A DNA stretch of 64,000 bases from a virus (taxonomy: Duplodnaviria > Caudoviricetes), in the IMG/VR virus record IMGVR_UViG_3300024284_000001, positions 2,266 through 66,265 of that record; one strand, 5' to 3'. The notes beneath the pieces were generated by a model. The model saw only the letters and a list, made by a program, of their open reading frames with translations. It was not told the DNA's origin and made no database searches. Below are positions 18,551-27,738 of this stretch, in pieces (within the stretch, counting starts at the first letter, position 1; the number at the start of each line of letters is the position of its first letter). Made by a program: the position numbers and the translations under genes.

Positions 18551-18991
18551 ATGAGAATCCGCCGCGAACTAGCCCGCCTCCCCGGCCTCGTCGTGGATGT
18601 AGGCTTCGAGCGCTTCGTCGCCAGCCTGAGTGACGAGAAGGGTCAATTCCTCACGACCATCCGGAAGGACAACGTGCGGAAGCGCTGCCGTCACAAGCTC
18701 CGGTTCGGTCAACCGATTTCGTTCGTCATCGCCGTGGACGACCGTACGGGGATCGCTCGACACCGCGTCGAGATCATCGGCCGGCCGGTCCACCGTTGGG
18801 AGACCGCAGCGTTCAAGGAAGCCGTGATGCCGGCCCTACGCCGGTATCGGAGAGGAGAAGCCTCAACATGGGACGAGAATACTTCTACGAGCGTCTCCGA
18901 GGAGACCCAGCACATCGCGACATCCCCCTCCGAAGGGACTGCCGGCCTCCCTCTCGATTCGAGACCCGAAGACACCCCGAGTGGTCTTTGA
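18551..18991 (+). CDS. Hypothetical protein
   Basis: Starts immediately after the upstream stop; the C-terminal part is low-confidence. Confidence 0.45.
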   Translation: MRIRRELARLPGLVVDVGFERFVASLSDEKGQFLTTIRKDNVRKRCRHKLRFGQPISFVIAVDDRTGIARHRVEIIGRPVHRWETAAFKEAVMPALRRYRRGEASTWDENTSTSVSEETQHIATSPSEGTAGLPLDSRPEDTPSGL

Positions 18992-19100
18992 TGGTGCAGT
19001 TCTTTGGTCGTTCGGGTATCGCGGTTTCCTCCTGGGGCTCCGCCTACACAAAGCGGGAAGCACGCCACCTAACCGACGAAATGAACAGGAGGGCGTCAAC

Positions 19101-19217
19101 ATGGTCGGATTCGCAGAGTTCTTCCGAGACTACGGCGGTATCCTCCTTGGATTCGCAGCCGTCTGCTTCCTCACCGTCACCGTCGTCTACCTGAGCCAGC
19201 GGGTGAGGTCGCGATGA
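19101..19217 (+). CDS. 38-aa membrane peptide
   Basis: AGGAGG SD; single TM. Confidence 0.5.
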   Translation: MVGFAEFFRDYGGILLGFAAVCFLTVTVVYLSQRVRSR

Positions 19218-19414
19218 CTCGCCCCACGCCCGATGCCGACCGCATGCCGATGTCGCCGATCCTCGGTAAGGCCGACGAGCTGATCGATCAGGTCCGAAGG
19301 TGCTTCCTGGACCTTCGTCACGACCGTTACTGCTGGCTTCACGGTAACCGCTGCCAGAAGACCGACCGTTTCCACGTCGTCTTCACCCGCATGTCGAATC
19401 AGAAGGACTGTTGA
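19214..19414 (+). CDS. Hypothetical protein
   Basis: ATGA overlap. Confidence 0.45.
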   Translation: MTRPTPDADRMPMSPILGKADELIDQVRRCFLDLRHDRYCWLHGNRCQKTDRFHVVFTRMSNQKDC

Positions 19415-19654
19415 ATGAAGGTCACGTTCATCCGTGGGAAACGCGGCTTTCTGAGCCGTCATCCCCTCGAGGCTCGACGGGTCTACGCCGATCGCCTGAG
19501 CGAGGTCTTCGACGTCGCGGTACCGGGGGAGGCGAATCCCGTACGGATCTCCCTGGGCCTCGACGAGGTACTGAGTGAGGTCGTCTTCTGGCGTGAGACC
19601 GAGAGGACGGCGGATGACTACGGCGTGCTTTTTGGGGAGGTTTGGGACGCATGA
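19415..19654 (+). CDS. Hypothetical protein
   Basis: Operon packing. Confidence 0.5.
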   Translation: MKVTFIRGKRGFLSRHPLEARRVYADRLSEVFDVAVPGEANPVRISLGLDEVLSEVVFWRETERTADDYGVLFGEVWDA

Positions 19655-19899
19655 AACTTCCGTGGGGCGAAGCTCGGCCGCACAAGGTCCCCAGGAACAA
19701 GCCGACGCCGCACGCGAAGTACCCCGTCCACGGCGGGAAAGCGACCCATGCCGCTCCCCGAAACAGCGACATCGGCGCCTCGTCAACTGTGGCGGTCCTG
19801 CCGCTGGGCTTCCGTCATCGACACGCCCCGTCGATCTCTCCTGACGACGCGCTACGTCTCTTCGACCGCCTCTCGCTGAACGAGGACGAGCCGCTTTAG
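19651..19899 (+). CDS. Hypothetical protein
   Basis: ATGA overlap; converges on the helicase gene. Confidence 0.45.
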   Translation: MKLPWGEARPHKVPRNKPTPHAKYPVHGGKATHAAPRNSDIGASSTVAVLPLGFRHRHAPSISPDDALRLFDRLSLNEDEPL

Positions 19900-20795
19900 A
19901 CCGGCACAAACACCGCCTGATGCTTCAGAAAGTTCAGCCTCACACAGCGGTCGTCAAGGCCGTACTTGCACTTCTCCACGAAGAAGTCCCGGCGCTGCTT
20001 CAGGACTTGTTTCTCGGGGTCGGAAAGCGACTCCTCCTCCGACGCCGTAAGCTCGACGTTCTCCAGGCCCAGCCATTGATCCACGTCCCCGAACATGGCG
20101 CTCGAGCCTCTCCCGCGTTCCCACCGCTTTCGTCCCGGCACCATCTTCCCGTAGTGATGGACGAGGATGAACGAGCACTTCAACTCGGCGATCAGCGCTC
20201 GGAGTGGGGCCATGACCGACTTCTTCCAGGCCGAGGAATCGTTCTCGTCGGCGAACCCCGTGAAGTAGCCGAGGGTATCAAGGACGATCAGATCGGCCCC
20301 GGAACGTCGAAAGAGGTTCGTGGTGGCTGGATTACGAAGGGAGAATTCCGACATCGCGGCTGGCTGGATGAACCACCGATTCAGCCCTAGGTTCGACGAG
20401 ATGCCCATGGACTTACAGGCGTCTTCCAGACGGTGCCGGTAACCGGGGCGCGAGCCCTCGGCCATCACGTAGAGCACCCGGCCGGTCTTCGGGATGTTGA
20501 AGCCCAGGAAGGGCTGGCCCGTGGCGAGGCAGAGAGTGAGCTGGGTTAGGACCGTTGACTTTCCGACCTTCGCCTCTGACGCCACCATCGTCACGCTCTG
20601 CCTGGCGATCAGTCCACCGATCAACCATTCGAACTCCGCCTTCTCCTTCAGGAAGTCCGTGGCGACGACCGGGGGCTCGCCTCTATCGGCCAGCGCCCCA
20701 AGGGCCTGAAGGTCGTCGTCGATCTGATTGATCTGGTCTAAGAGTTCGGCCTTGCGTTGCTCGAGGTGACGAATGGGGATGGCGGGATCCCTCAC
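19896..20795 (-). CDS. RepA/AAA_25-type RecA-superfamily helicase
   Basis: Walker A SEAKVGKS, Walker B LIVLDTL, ILVHH and RGSSA motifs. Confidence 0.88.
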   Translation of the reverse strand: MRDPAIPIRHLEQRKAELLDQINQIDDDLQALGALADRGEPPVVATDFLKEKAEFEWLIGGLIARQSVTMVASEAKVGKSTVLTQLTLCLATGQPFLGFNIPKTGRVLYVMAEGSRPGYRHRLEDACKSMGISSNLGLNRWFIQPAAMSEFSLRNPATTNLFRRSGADLIVLDTLGYFTGFADENDSSAWKKSVMAPLRALIAELKCSFILVHHYGKMVPGRKRWERGRGSSAMFGDVDQWLGLENVELTASEEESLSDPEKQVLKQRRDFFVEKCKYGLDDRCVRLNFLKHQAVFVPV

Positions 20796-21166
20796 CGCTT
20801 CGCCCTCCTCATAGCCGCCTCCTCCTTAACCATTCGCACCCTCGTATCGAACTCATCCTCGGTCACGCACGCCAAATCCATCATCCAGGCTAAGGCAGTC
20901 GGCCAATCCAGGCCGGTCGGCGTCGGTACGTGCTGTCGATACAGCTCCACGTACAACGTCGTCGGTTCGTAAGAGCGCTTCGGGAACGACCGCATGACGT
21001 CGAACATCTGAGCCCTGGCGGGGCACCCGAAGTCCCGGTCGTTCAAGATCGCCGCTCGATCCATCCACTCCGGGATCACGATCAGGCTGCCGAGAAGGGC
21101 TGTTTCCAGGCGGGAAATGGGTGGTTCGCAGGAGTCACCGGGCCATTCGCCGTCTGGGACTTTCAT
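20792..21166 (-). CDS. Stand-alone DnaB N-terminal-like domain protein
   Basis: ETALLGSLIV.PE...ILNDRDF...AQMFDVM matches the DnaB_N pattern. Confidence 0.7.
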   Translation of the reverse strand: MKVPDGEWPGDSCEPPISRLETALLGSLIVIPEWMDRAAILNDRDFGCPARAQMFDVMRSFPKRSYEPTTLYVELYRQHVPTPTGLDWPTALAWMMDLACVTEDEFDTRVRMVKEEAAMRRAKR

Positions 21167-21675
21167 GCCGTCTCCGACGTGTTCGCCGGTTCAGCTTCGA
21201 TCTCGCGGGGGAAGAACAGGTACGACATCACCCCGATGCCGAAGCCTCCGCTAGCCCCGTAGATCGGCATCGTCATCATTCCGAAGTGATCCCAGAGCCA
21301 ATGCTCGAAGCCGAGTCGCCGGGCCGCGAACAGGAACCGGATGAGCGCAACCTGATCGGCCGTCTCGACACTCAGGACGCCTTGCGGTCCCTCACTCTCC
21401 CGTAGGTTGAGCTGCCATTTCGTCCCGCGTCCGAGATCGCCACCGTCGAGGTCCACGAACGCGGAAACCCCCTCGGGTGTCGGCGGGAACTGGAAGGTGG
21501 CGGATACGAGGGGGCGCGGCCAATCGTCCAACGATTTCTCGGTCACGAACTTGTCTCGAAAGCTGAGTCCGAGTGTCTCCCCGGCGTAGACGAAGGACGC
21601 CAAGGCATCGACGTCGGCCGTCGTGATCGTCATGCCGTCCGCGACGTACTTCACCTTCATGCGTCGGCTAGCCAT
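21163..21675 (-). CDS. Hypothetical protein
   Basis: Long ORF in the operon; start uncertain (21675 or 21660). Confidence 0.55.
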   Translation of the reverse strand: MASRRMKVKYVADGMTITTADVDALASFVYAGETLGLSFRDKFVTEKSLDDWPRPLVSATFQFPPTPEGVSAFVDLDGGDLGRGTKWQLNLRESEGPQGVLSVETADQVALIRFLFAARRLGFEHWLWDHFGMMTMPIYGASGGFGIGVMSYLFFPREIEAEPANTSETA

Positions 21676-21874
21676 TGATCCTCGCCTTCTTAGCCTTCGT
21701 TTCGGCCGCTCCATTCAGAATCATCAATCCCGAGTAGCCGTACAGCATGCAGAGGCACCCGATCGTACCCACGGCCAGCCGTGTCGCCCAACCGGGGCTG
21801 ATGGCAGCGCCAATCAGGGCTGCGCCTCCGACGATCGAGAGCGTTGAGCCGAGGAAGACTAGGAGGGGCTTCAT
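21668..21874 (-). CDS. Two-TM membrane protein
   Basis: Two hydrophobic helices and a Lys-rich tail. Confidence 0.55.
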   Translation of the reverse strand: MKPLLVFLGSTLSIVGGAALIGAAISPGWATRLAVGTIGCLCMLYGYSGLMILNGAAETKAKKARING

Positions 21875-22098
21875 TTCGACCTCGTCAGCGGCTTGTAGCT
21901 ATTGAGGAACGCCGCGAACTCCTTCGGGTCAACGTGCCCCAGGAGAATCATCGGCAGCGCGCACTCGTACGGCGGAGCAGGAGGGTCGAAGATCACGTTT
22001 CCGGTCCAGTTACGACGCTCCATCTGACGACGGGGCGAGAGGAGACGGTCCAAGGCTCTATAGCGGTGACTTCGCAGAAGCCAGCGAAGAAGTCTCAC
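21871..22098 (-). CDS. Hypothetical protein
   Basis: GTGA overlap. Confidence 0.45.
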   Translation of the reverse strand: MRLLRWLLRSHRYRALDRLLSPRRQMERRNWTGNVIFDPPAPPYECALPMILLGHVDPKEFAAFLNSYKPLTRSK

Positions 22099-22337
22099 GA
22101 TCGCCACTCCGCAATGATTCGCCGGAAGCGATCCCGAAGGTAGTAGGAGAAGTCGGTACGGGACTGCTTGGCGATCATCACCCTGAGCTGGTCTTCGCAG
22201 TCGCACTCGTCAGCGATGCCGTGGTAGGGGATCACCATCGGCTCCGATCCCTTCGGAATGCAGGCCGACATCTCGGTGAGATCCTCGAGTGTGGCCGCAA
22301 CCAGATCATCCAGGAGTCGTCCGTTAACTTCCGCCAC
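22095..22337 (-). CDS. Hypothetical protein
   Basis: GAGGAG SD. Confidence 0.55.
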   Translation of the reverse strand: MAEVNGRLLDDLVAATLEDLTEMSACIPKGSEPMVIPYHGIADECDCEDQLRVMIAKQSRTDFSYYLRDRFRRIIAEWRS

Positions 22338-22671
22338 GGTTCTTCTCCTCCTCGATTCGTTTCGCGTCCCAAGGCGTTCCGTCCGGATCTACCGGCGGTC
22401 TTCCACCCGGAGACCGGGCCTTCTCCGCTTCCGTCGCCTTCGAGCCCTGACACACCAGCCGGTGAGCAATGTACGGGTCCTCGTCAAAGAGCTGCGCCGT
22501 ACCCTTGTCGCCAGAGAAGGCCCAAATCGTCTTCTTGTCGCCGAGCCCCACTTCCTCCAGGCGATACCGACCATCCCGGCGCGGCTTGGCGTCGAGGGTG
22601 ATCGGCTCGCCGTGAGGGTGGAGTCGGGCCTTGACGACCGGGGCCTGGCAATGACGGCAGACGGAAGGCAC
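22324..22671 (-). CDS. Hypothetical protein with CxxC...HxxxC Zn site
   Basis: CRHC...PITLD...HRLVC. Confidence 0.6.
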   Translation of the reverse strand: MPSVCRHCQAPVVKARLHPHGEPITLDAKPRRDGRYRLEEVGLGDKKTIWAFSGDKGTAQLFDEDPYIAHRLVCQGSKATEAEKARSPGGRPPVDPDGTPWDAKRIEEEKNRGGS

Positions 22672-22677
22672 GGACGC

Positions 22678-22986
22678 CTACTTTCTCATCTTCTGCGCCG
22701 CCGCAATGGCGACTTTGTACCCATCGCGCTGCTGGATCGCCTTCACCCGAGCCTTCTGCTTCGGCGTGAGGCTGCGGATCGTGCCCATGTACTTGCCGTG
22801 GAGCTTGAGCCAGGTGGGGACGGGCTTCTTGACCTTCGGCGGTCTCGCATCGGCGATCTTCATGACCGGCGCGAGCGGCCTCGCGTCGTTCATCTCCTCG
22901 TGTAGGCGGTTGATGTAGAGCGATAGCGCGTTGATGAAATTCGAGAGGAGGATCTTCGTGCCGACACGCTTCGGAACGGCGCTCAC
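22678..22986 (-). CDS. Basic hypothetical protein
   Basis: K/R-rich; GTGA overlap. Confidence 0.5.
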   Translation of the reverse strand: MSAVPKRVGTKILLSNFINALSLYINRLHEEMNDARPLAPVMKIADARPPKVKKPVPTWLKLHGKYMGTIRSLTPKQKARVKAIQQRDGYKVAIAAAQKMRK

Positions 22987-23180
22987 GCGACACCAGCCTC
23001 GAGGGCGTGCTTCAGCAGCCTATCGGTCTCCTTCCCGATCTGCCGATCCTCCTTCTTCGCGAGAGCCTCCACCTGACGGTAGATGTCGGCGTCCACGGAG
23101 ATCGAGATTCGAGTCGGGGCCTTCTTCTCGGGCGCTCCGGCGTCGGTAATGGCGGGGGCGGGGCTAACATTGGGACTCAT
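22983..23180 (-). CDS. Ribbon-helix-helix (Arc/CopG-like) DNA-binding protein
   Basis: TRISISVDADIYRQVEALAKKEDRQIG...LLKHAL pattern. Confidence 0.7.
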   Translation of the reverse strand: MSPNVSPAPAITDAGAPEKKAPTRISISVDADIYRQVEALAKKEDRQIGKETDRLLKHALEAGVA

Positions 23181-23341
23181 CGGTCTTCCTTTCTGGGGCT
23201 CTCGGCCCGGTTCAGCTTTTGTAGTCGTTTGAATTCTTGATGACGGTGGAGGGGGCAACAGAAGCGCTGCCATTCGCGCTTGGGGACGAAACGCTCTTCA
23301 CAGCCGGGCTTGGCGCAGGAACGAAGGTGTGGATTATCCAC
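23177..23341 (-). CDS. Small Zn-finger protein
   Basis: CAKPGC...F.P....QRFCCPLH. Confidence 0.55.
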   Translation of the reverse strand: MDNPHLRSCAKPGCEERFVPKREWQRFCCPLHRHQEFKRLQKLNRAESPRKEDR

Positions 23342-23684
23342 TCGGCCTCTCCACCCTCTTAACCGGAATCCCAGCACGCTCCGCCTTCTTGATGCAGTCC
23401 GCCGTACCGCGTCCACCGGGGAATGCGAGGACGAAGTCGGGGTGCTCCGCGATCATCGCGGCATTGCGAATCGGACCTGCCGATAGTCCTCGGTTCGGCC
23501 AGTCGGCCCTGTGGACGCTGACCGTGCAACCGAGACCCCTGGCGAAACCGGCGGCGATCTGGTCTGCGCCTGTGGCGTCCCCGACGATGACGTGATCCCA
23601 CGGGCAGATGTGGTTCGCGAGTTCCGTGTAGACCCAGGGCTCATCTTCCAGGTCGCGGCCTCCGGTTACTAGGATGCGGGTCAT
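23334..23684 (-). CDS. SLOG/YspA-like (DUF2493-type) protein
   Basis: RILVTGGR...GDATGAD...ADW...SAGPIRN..M...VLAFPGGRGTAD. Confidence 0.85.
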   Translation of the reverse strand: MTRILVTGGRDLEDEPWVYTELANHICPWDHVIVGDATGADQIAAGFARGLGCTVSVHRADWPNRGLSAGPIRNAAMIAEHPDFVLAFPGGRGTADCIKKAERAGIPVKRVERPSG

Positions 23685-24055
23685 GCGCGGCGGTTCCATT
23701 GCTCCGTGGGCACGCCGTAGGCGCCCTCCATACAGCCAGGCGTAGGACAGACCCACCATCCGTCACCGATCGGTTTTCCGCCGATGTCATCGCACGGCTC
23801 GGCTTTCGCTCCACAGAACGGACACGGGAGAGGCTTCGGCTTCCAGACATCTCTCCACGCCGCCTTAGCATAGTCGTACGTCATGCCGACGCCGTCCGAC
23901 GCGAAAAAGTCGATAGCCCGATCCCATTCCTGCTTCATCGCCTTCTCGAGAATCCGCTCGAAAATCGGCCCGACGATGGACTCCGCGTACGGTCTCGGTA
24001 TCTGGCAAAACGCCTCTACCGCCCACGCTCTCGGATTGTTCGGCTTCTCGCTCAC
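23681..24055 (-). CDS. Protein with C-terminal Lar-like Zn finger
   Basis: PLPCPFCG...C...C...WNRRA. Confidence 0.6.
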   Translation of the reverse strand: MSEKPNNPRAWAVEAFCQIPRPYAESIVGPIFERILEKAMKQEWDRAIDFFASDGVGMTYDYAKAAWRDVWKPKPLPCPFCGAKAEPCDDIGGKPIGDGWWVCPTPGCMEGAYGVPTEQWNRRA

Positions 24056-24060
24056 CGGAC

Positions 24061-24297
24061 CTAACCCTCCGCCTTCACCGGGATCGCGGTCGGTCCTCGC
24101 GCGATGTAGAGGAGGTGCATGATCGCCTCCGGCGACTCCTTTACGTGCAGGTCGTCCATGGCCTTGTATCGGAAGGCAATCGTTGACCCGCTGCCGGACG
24201 GCATGTCGGTGCCCACGCCTATGATGTCCGCGTGCCTCACGTAGACGAGGCGATCGACATGGTCCGGGTACACGCCGGTCAGCGCCAGGAACTCCAC
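24061..24297 (-). CDS. Hypothetical protein
   Basis: GGAG SD; 78 aa. Confidence 0.5.
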   Translation of the reverse strand: MEFLALTGVYPDHVDRLVYVRHADIIGVGTDMPSGSGSTIAFRYKAMDDLHVKESPEAIMHLLYIARGPTAIPVKAEG

Positions 24298-24300
24298 CGC

Positions 24301-24780
24301 CTACTCCAGCTTCCGCTCCACGACCGGCTTATCCTCGGTCTCGAAGACGGCGATGCAGGCGTAGAGCCCGAAGACGTTCTTCTCGTTCTGCTTCGCCTGC
24401 TGTTTGGCGATGGCACGGGCCTCGTCTTCGGGAACGGGCTTCGAGATGAAGCCGTTGTCGCCGTAGACGAGCCAGGTCTTCTTGGTCGAGATGTCGATGG
24501 GCATGGGAATTCCTTTCTGTTGATAGAAGTCGGGCGGCATGGCTTTCTCCTTAAGAACTTCCAGTAGTGCGATGGCCTCCATCTCGTCTCTGCCTACGGG
24601 ACCGCCGCCGTAGTACGGACCAGGCGTCTGCTTAATCCACCATGAGCCGCCGGAGTCCCGGTTGAACTGTTGGCCGATAGGGCCGCCGCCTCCGCCGTAG
24701 CCACCATGGATCGCACAGTACGGGCATCCGGAGGTAAAGCTATGGGGACAAGGGCCGTTTCCGATTCCTGCCATGGTCAT
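24301..24780 (-). CDS. Hypothetical protein
   Basis: Follows promoter 24784-24812; Gly-rich N-terminal half. Confidence 0.55.
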   Translation of the reverse strand: MTMAGIGNGPCPHSFTSGCPYCAIHGGYGGGGGPIGQQFNRDSGGSWWIKQTPGPYYGGGPVGRDEMEAIALLEVLKEKAMPPDFYQQKGIPMPIDISTKKTWLVYGDNGFISKPVPEDEARAIAKQQAKQNEKNVFGLYACIAVFETEDKPVVERKLE

Positions 24781-24783
24781 CTC

Positions 24784-24812
24784 AATCTAGGGCCTAGACA
24801 ATGCATTTTCAA
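24784..24812 (-). promoter_or_regulatory. Sigma70-type promoter, operator family member
   Basis: TTGAAA-ATGCATTGTCTAGGCCC(17)-TAGATT on the minus strand. Confidence 0.7.
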
Positions 24813-25345
24813 GGGTGGGGAGGAAGATTTTTGTGGGCGACGGCGATGTAGTTGGCCGCCGTCCTATAGTCGCGGGTGCTGGTGCTCGGCACAGCGCTCT
24901 CGTGCGTGAGTTTCGCCAACTGCTCTACGACGGACGCGAGCGAGGTAAGGGTCGCGGCTCGCTCTCCGAGTAGCTCCCTCACCACGACCCGCAGTCGCCC
25001 AAGTTCCTCCTCCTCGCTCTCGAGGATGGGATGCGGGAGGGAGACCGTCATGTTGATGGCCTGGAATTCGAAGCCCTGGGATAGACGGTCGAAGTCACGG
25101 TCCTCCCGGCAGCGTTTCAGGAAGTGCTCGAGATTATCGACCCGTGTATCGGTCGGCAGGAGGATCAGGATCTTGCCGGCGTCGTAGACGTGAACCGGGT
25201 AGGGGTGACACATGGACCCGAAGATGTGAATCGCCATCGTCCGGAACGCGTCGTTCGTGAGGAGCTGGCCGAGGCGGGTATAGGTTTCGTCCGGAATGGC
25301 GGGTGGCTTGGGCAGGGACTTGAAGAACTCTTCGATCATGGTCAT
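24809..25345 (-). CDS. Hypothetical protein
   Basis: AGGAG SD; ATGA overlap. Confidence 0.55.
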   Translation of the reverse strand: MTMIEEFFKSLPKPPAIPDETYTRLGQLLTNDAFRTMAIHIFGSMCHPYPVHVYDAGKILILLPTDTRVDNLEHFLKRCREDRDFDRLSQGFEFQAINMTVSLPHPILESEEEELGRLRVVVRELLGERAATLTSLASVVEQLAKLTHESAVPSTSTRDYRTAANYIAVAHKNLPPHP

Positions 25346-25524
25346 TTGGGCTCCTCTTTTTCTCCGAGCACCTCGAGAAGGTCGTCGAGGGCGAACTGAT
25401 ATTCGGACCTGGCGGCCACGCGGTTTTCCTTGGCCCACGCGACAACGTCGTCAACCTTGACGAATTCGCCGTCATCCTGATCCCAGCACTCGCCTTCCCA
25501 GAAGACGTAGCGGGTGAGCTTCAT
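25342..25524 (-). CDS. Hypothetical protein
   Basis: ATGA overlap. Confidence 0.55.
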   Translation of the reverse strand: MKLTRYVFWEGECWDQDDGEFVKVDDVVAWAKENRVAARSEYQFALDDLLEVLGEKEEPK

Positions 25525-25961
25525 TTTTCCTCTCTCAACCACAGCTTCCGCGTCGAGTCATAGATAACGATGTTCGGGTTGATGTCGTTGCCGGCCTCGC
25601 GCTCGCGAGCGAGCCACGCGTCTACCTCGGCCTGAGGGACGCGGTACTGTTCATACCTTTCCTTGGCGCGACGTTCCATTTCGGGCAGCTCGCGGAGGTA
25701 TTCCTCAGGAAGCGGCTCGAGCTTCTTCCCGCAGCATTCGAGTTTCCGCCAGCCACAAGCTGGGCACGGACGGGAGAAGTGGCGCGGAGAAGGATCCACA
25801 ATCTCGTGACCGTTCGTGCAGCGTAGTGATCGGTACCAATGATTCGGATCGTGAAGGTGCTCGTTCACCGGGATGTAGCCGATCATGGTGCAGCCATAGC
25901 TCTCGGTGGCTTCGGCGACGTCGCACTCCGGGCACGGTGGGGAGAGGGGGATGGTCTTCAT
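25521..25961 (-). CDS. Cys-rich hypothetical protein
   Basis: CPEC, CPAC and other Cys/His. Confidence 0.55.
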   Translation of the reverse strand: MKTIPLSPPCPECDVAEATESYGCTMIGYIPVNEHLHDPNHWYRSLRCTNGHEIVDPSPRHFSRPCPACGWRKLECCGKKLEPLPEEYLRELPEMERRAKERYEQYRVPQAEVDAWLAREREAGNDINPNIVIYDSTRKLWLREEK

Positions 25962-26344
25962 TCCATCATATCCACGGAGTCGGGTTGGCCGAGACGAACG
26001 ATCGTCTCGTCGTAATGAACCGGCAGCCGGGCGAAAGCCCGTCGCCCCTCGATAACGTCGATCGCCACCTTCAGCGCCTCGTAGTACCCGATCGCGTTCT
26101 TTGTCGTCAGCGGCATGAAGTAGCAGGTCTCGATGTCACCGGGGGTAAGTCCGTGTTTGACGAGGCGGGCGTATCGATGCACCTGTTTGTAACAGGTCTT
26201 CGCGGGATCGCCGGCCCAGAAGCTGGGGAACCCGGTGTGGTTCCAGAGAATCCCATCGGCCTCGCGATCGGAAACGTTAGGGAGGACCGCCCGAACGATA
26301 TCGCGGGCTGTCGTCTGACCAGTGGTTATGTCGGACTTTTTCAT
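25958..26344 (-). CDS. Hypothetical protein
   Basis: GGAGG SD; ATGA overlap. Confidence 0.6.
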   Translation of the reverse strand: MKKSDITTGQTTARDIVRAVLPNVSDREADGILWNHTGFPSFWAGDPAKTCYKQVHRYARLVKHGLTPGDIETCYFMPLTTKNAIGYYEALKVAIDVIEGRRAFARLPVHYDETIVRLGQPDSVDMME

Positions 26345-26577
26345 TTCACCTCCGGCGGATAAGCATCCTTGAGATCGGCCCACCAGGCGAGAGGGAGAGC
26401 CTCGCTCACGATGGGGGGCGGCCACCGAGACCACGAGAGGGGCGCATCGGGCTCGTATCTCACCATGACGGCAAATGGCTTCCCGTTCTCGTGACCGGCC
26501 ACGAGATACTCGCCCTTCTCTTTCGGAGTCTCGTCTATTGGGTGCCAGACTAGGGTGGCGTAGAAGAGGAGGGTCAC
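26341..26577 (-). CDS. DUF551-like small phage protein
   Basis: WHPIDETPKEKGEYLV...WW pattern. Confidence 0.55.
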   Translation of the reverse strand: MTLLFYATLVWHPIDETPKEKGEYLVAGHENGKPFAVMVRYEPDAPLSWSRWPPPIVSEALPLAWWADLKDAYPPEVK

Positions 26578-26981
26578 GACGGCTTCTTCCCGGCCGCACA
26601 CTCAGGCTCGGCACAAGTCTCCGGCAGCATCCCCTCCTCCTTCAGCTTCGGGATAAGGATGTTTCGGACGTCGTCTGGGCTAAATCCCGCATCCACCGAA
26701 ACGTCTCCGGTGAGTTCATCCGGCCCAGGGGGATCACACTCAACCAGTTCGTCAATCGGAATCCCGAAGACATGGCGCGAGAAGATGACGGCGTTGTATT
26801 CGCCGCCCACGTAGACGGTGACCGTGCGATCCTCAGCGTAGGAGTAGATCGTGCAGCGGTGACCCGAGCCGATTCGGTAGAGACGATCCGGAGGCTTGGC
26901 GGCAACCATGTCGCGAATTACCTGCGGGCGCTCGGCCAGCCATTCGGCTAGGGCGTCTTCGTTCATCTCGAGGATCTTCAT
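26574..26981 (-). CDS. Hypothetical protein
   Basis: GGAGG SD. Confidence 0.6.
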   Translation of the reverse strand: MKILEMNEDALAEWLAERPQVIRDMVAAKPPDRLYRIGSGHRCTIYSYAEDRTVTVYVGGEYNAVIFSRHVFGIPIDELVECDPPGPDELTGDVSVDAGFSPDDVRNILIPKLKEEGMLPETCAEPECAAGKKPS

Positions 26982-27472
26982 TCGTCATCCTCCCTATCCG
27001 TGAACTCCTCGGCGATCTGGCCGGGGATCGTCGCCCATGGCTTGTACTCGGAGGACGAGATCCATTGGCGCTCGATCTTCCACTCGGTCGTCTCGAGATC
27101 GGCAACGACCCGGAGCGACGCGAAGATTCGTGGGCCGTACATCTTGTCGAGCACGAACGTCTGATCGCCTCCGAACTCCAGCGGCAGGCCGTCCGGGTAG
27201 CAGGCGTTGTGGTAGGCGAGGGAGACGCCACCGACCCAGGAATGAATGGTCCCGACGTGGATGACGTCGTAGCCCTTCGAGCCCGAGGGGATCATCCGTT
27301 TGCACCGAATGCAGCGCCAGTCGAGACCACCGCCTTCGTCGCGTTGACAGGCGGGATGAGGCTGGGTTTCGATTGGGGTCTCGTCCCTACACCAACAGCG
27401 GGTGATCGTTTCGCCGCAGGAGCACACGACACGACCGATGTGAGGGAGATTGGGATGGACGGCGTCGGTCAT
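26978..27472 (-). CDS. Cys-rich hypothetical protein
   Basis: GAGG SD; several CxC/CxxC. Confidence 0.5.
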   Translation of the reverse strand: MTDAVHPNLPHIGRVVCSCGETITRCWCRDETPIETQPHPACQRDEGGGLDWRCIRCKRMIPSGSKGYDVIHVGTIHSWVGGVSLAYHNACYPDGLPLEFGGDQTFVLDKMYGPRIFASLRVVADLETTEWKIERQWISSSEYKPWATIPGQIAEEFTDREDDE

Positions 27473-27738
27473 CGCGGCCTCAGCGCCATCGGGACTCGAA
27501 GTTTCCGAGCGGGGACGACCTCTGGCTCCTTCGAGCGGATCGCTCGATTGGCGAGGATGAGGTTGCCGGCGTCCAGGAGAGCCGCGCGTAGATCGCGGTC
27601 GTTGGAGAAGTCGCCCGTGAGCAGGTTCGCCACCTCCCAGATTTCCACGCCGAACAGCTCCTTGCGCCTGACGTAGAGGACGGCGTCGGCGTCTGCCTTT
27701 GCTCTGGACTTTCTGACGTCGGCCTTGGTGATCTTCAC
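27469..27738 (-). CDS. Hypothetical protein
   Basis: GGAGG SD plus GTG. Confidence 0.55.
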   Translation of the reverse strand: MKITKADVRKSRAKADADAVLYVRRKELFGVEIWEVANLLTGDFSNDRDLRAALLDAGNLILANRAIRSKEPEVVPARKLRVPMALRPR

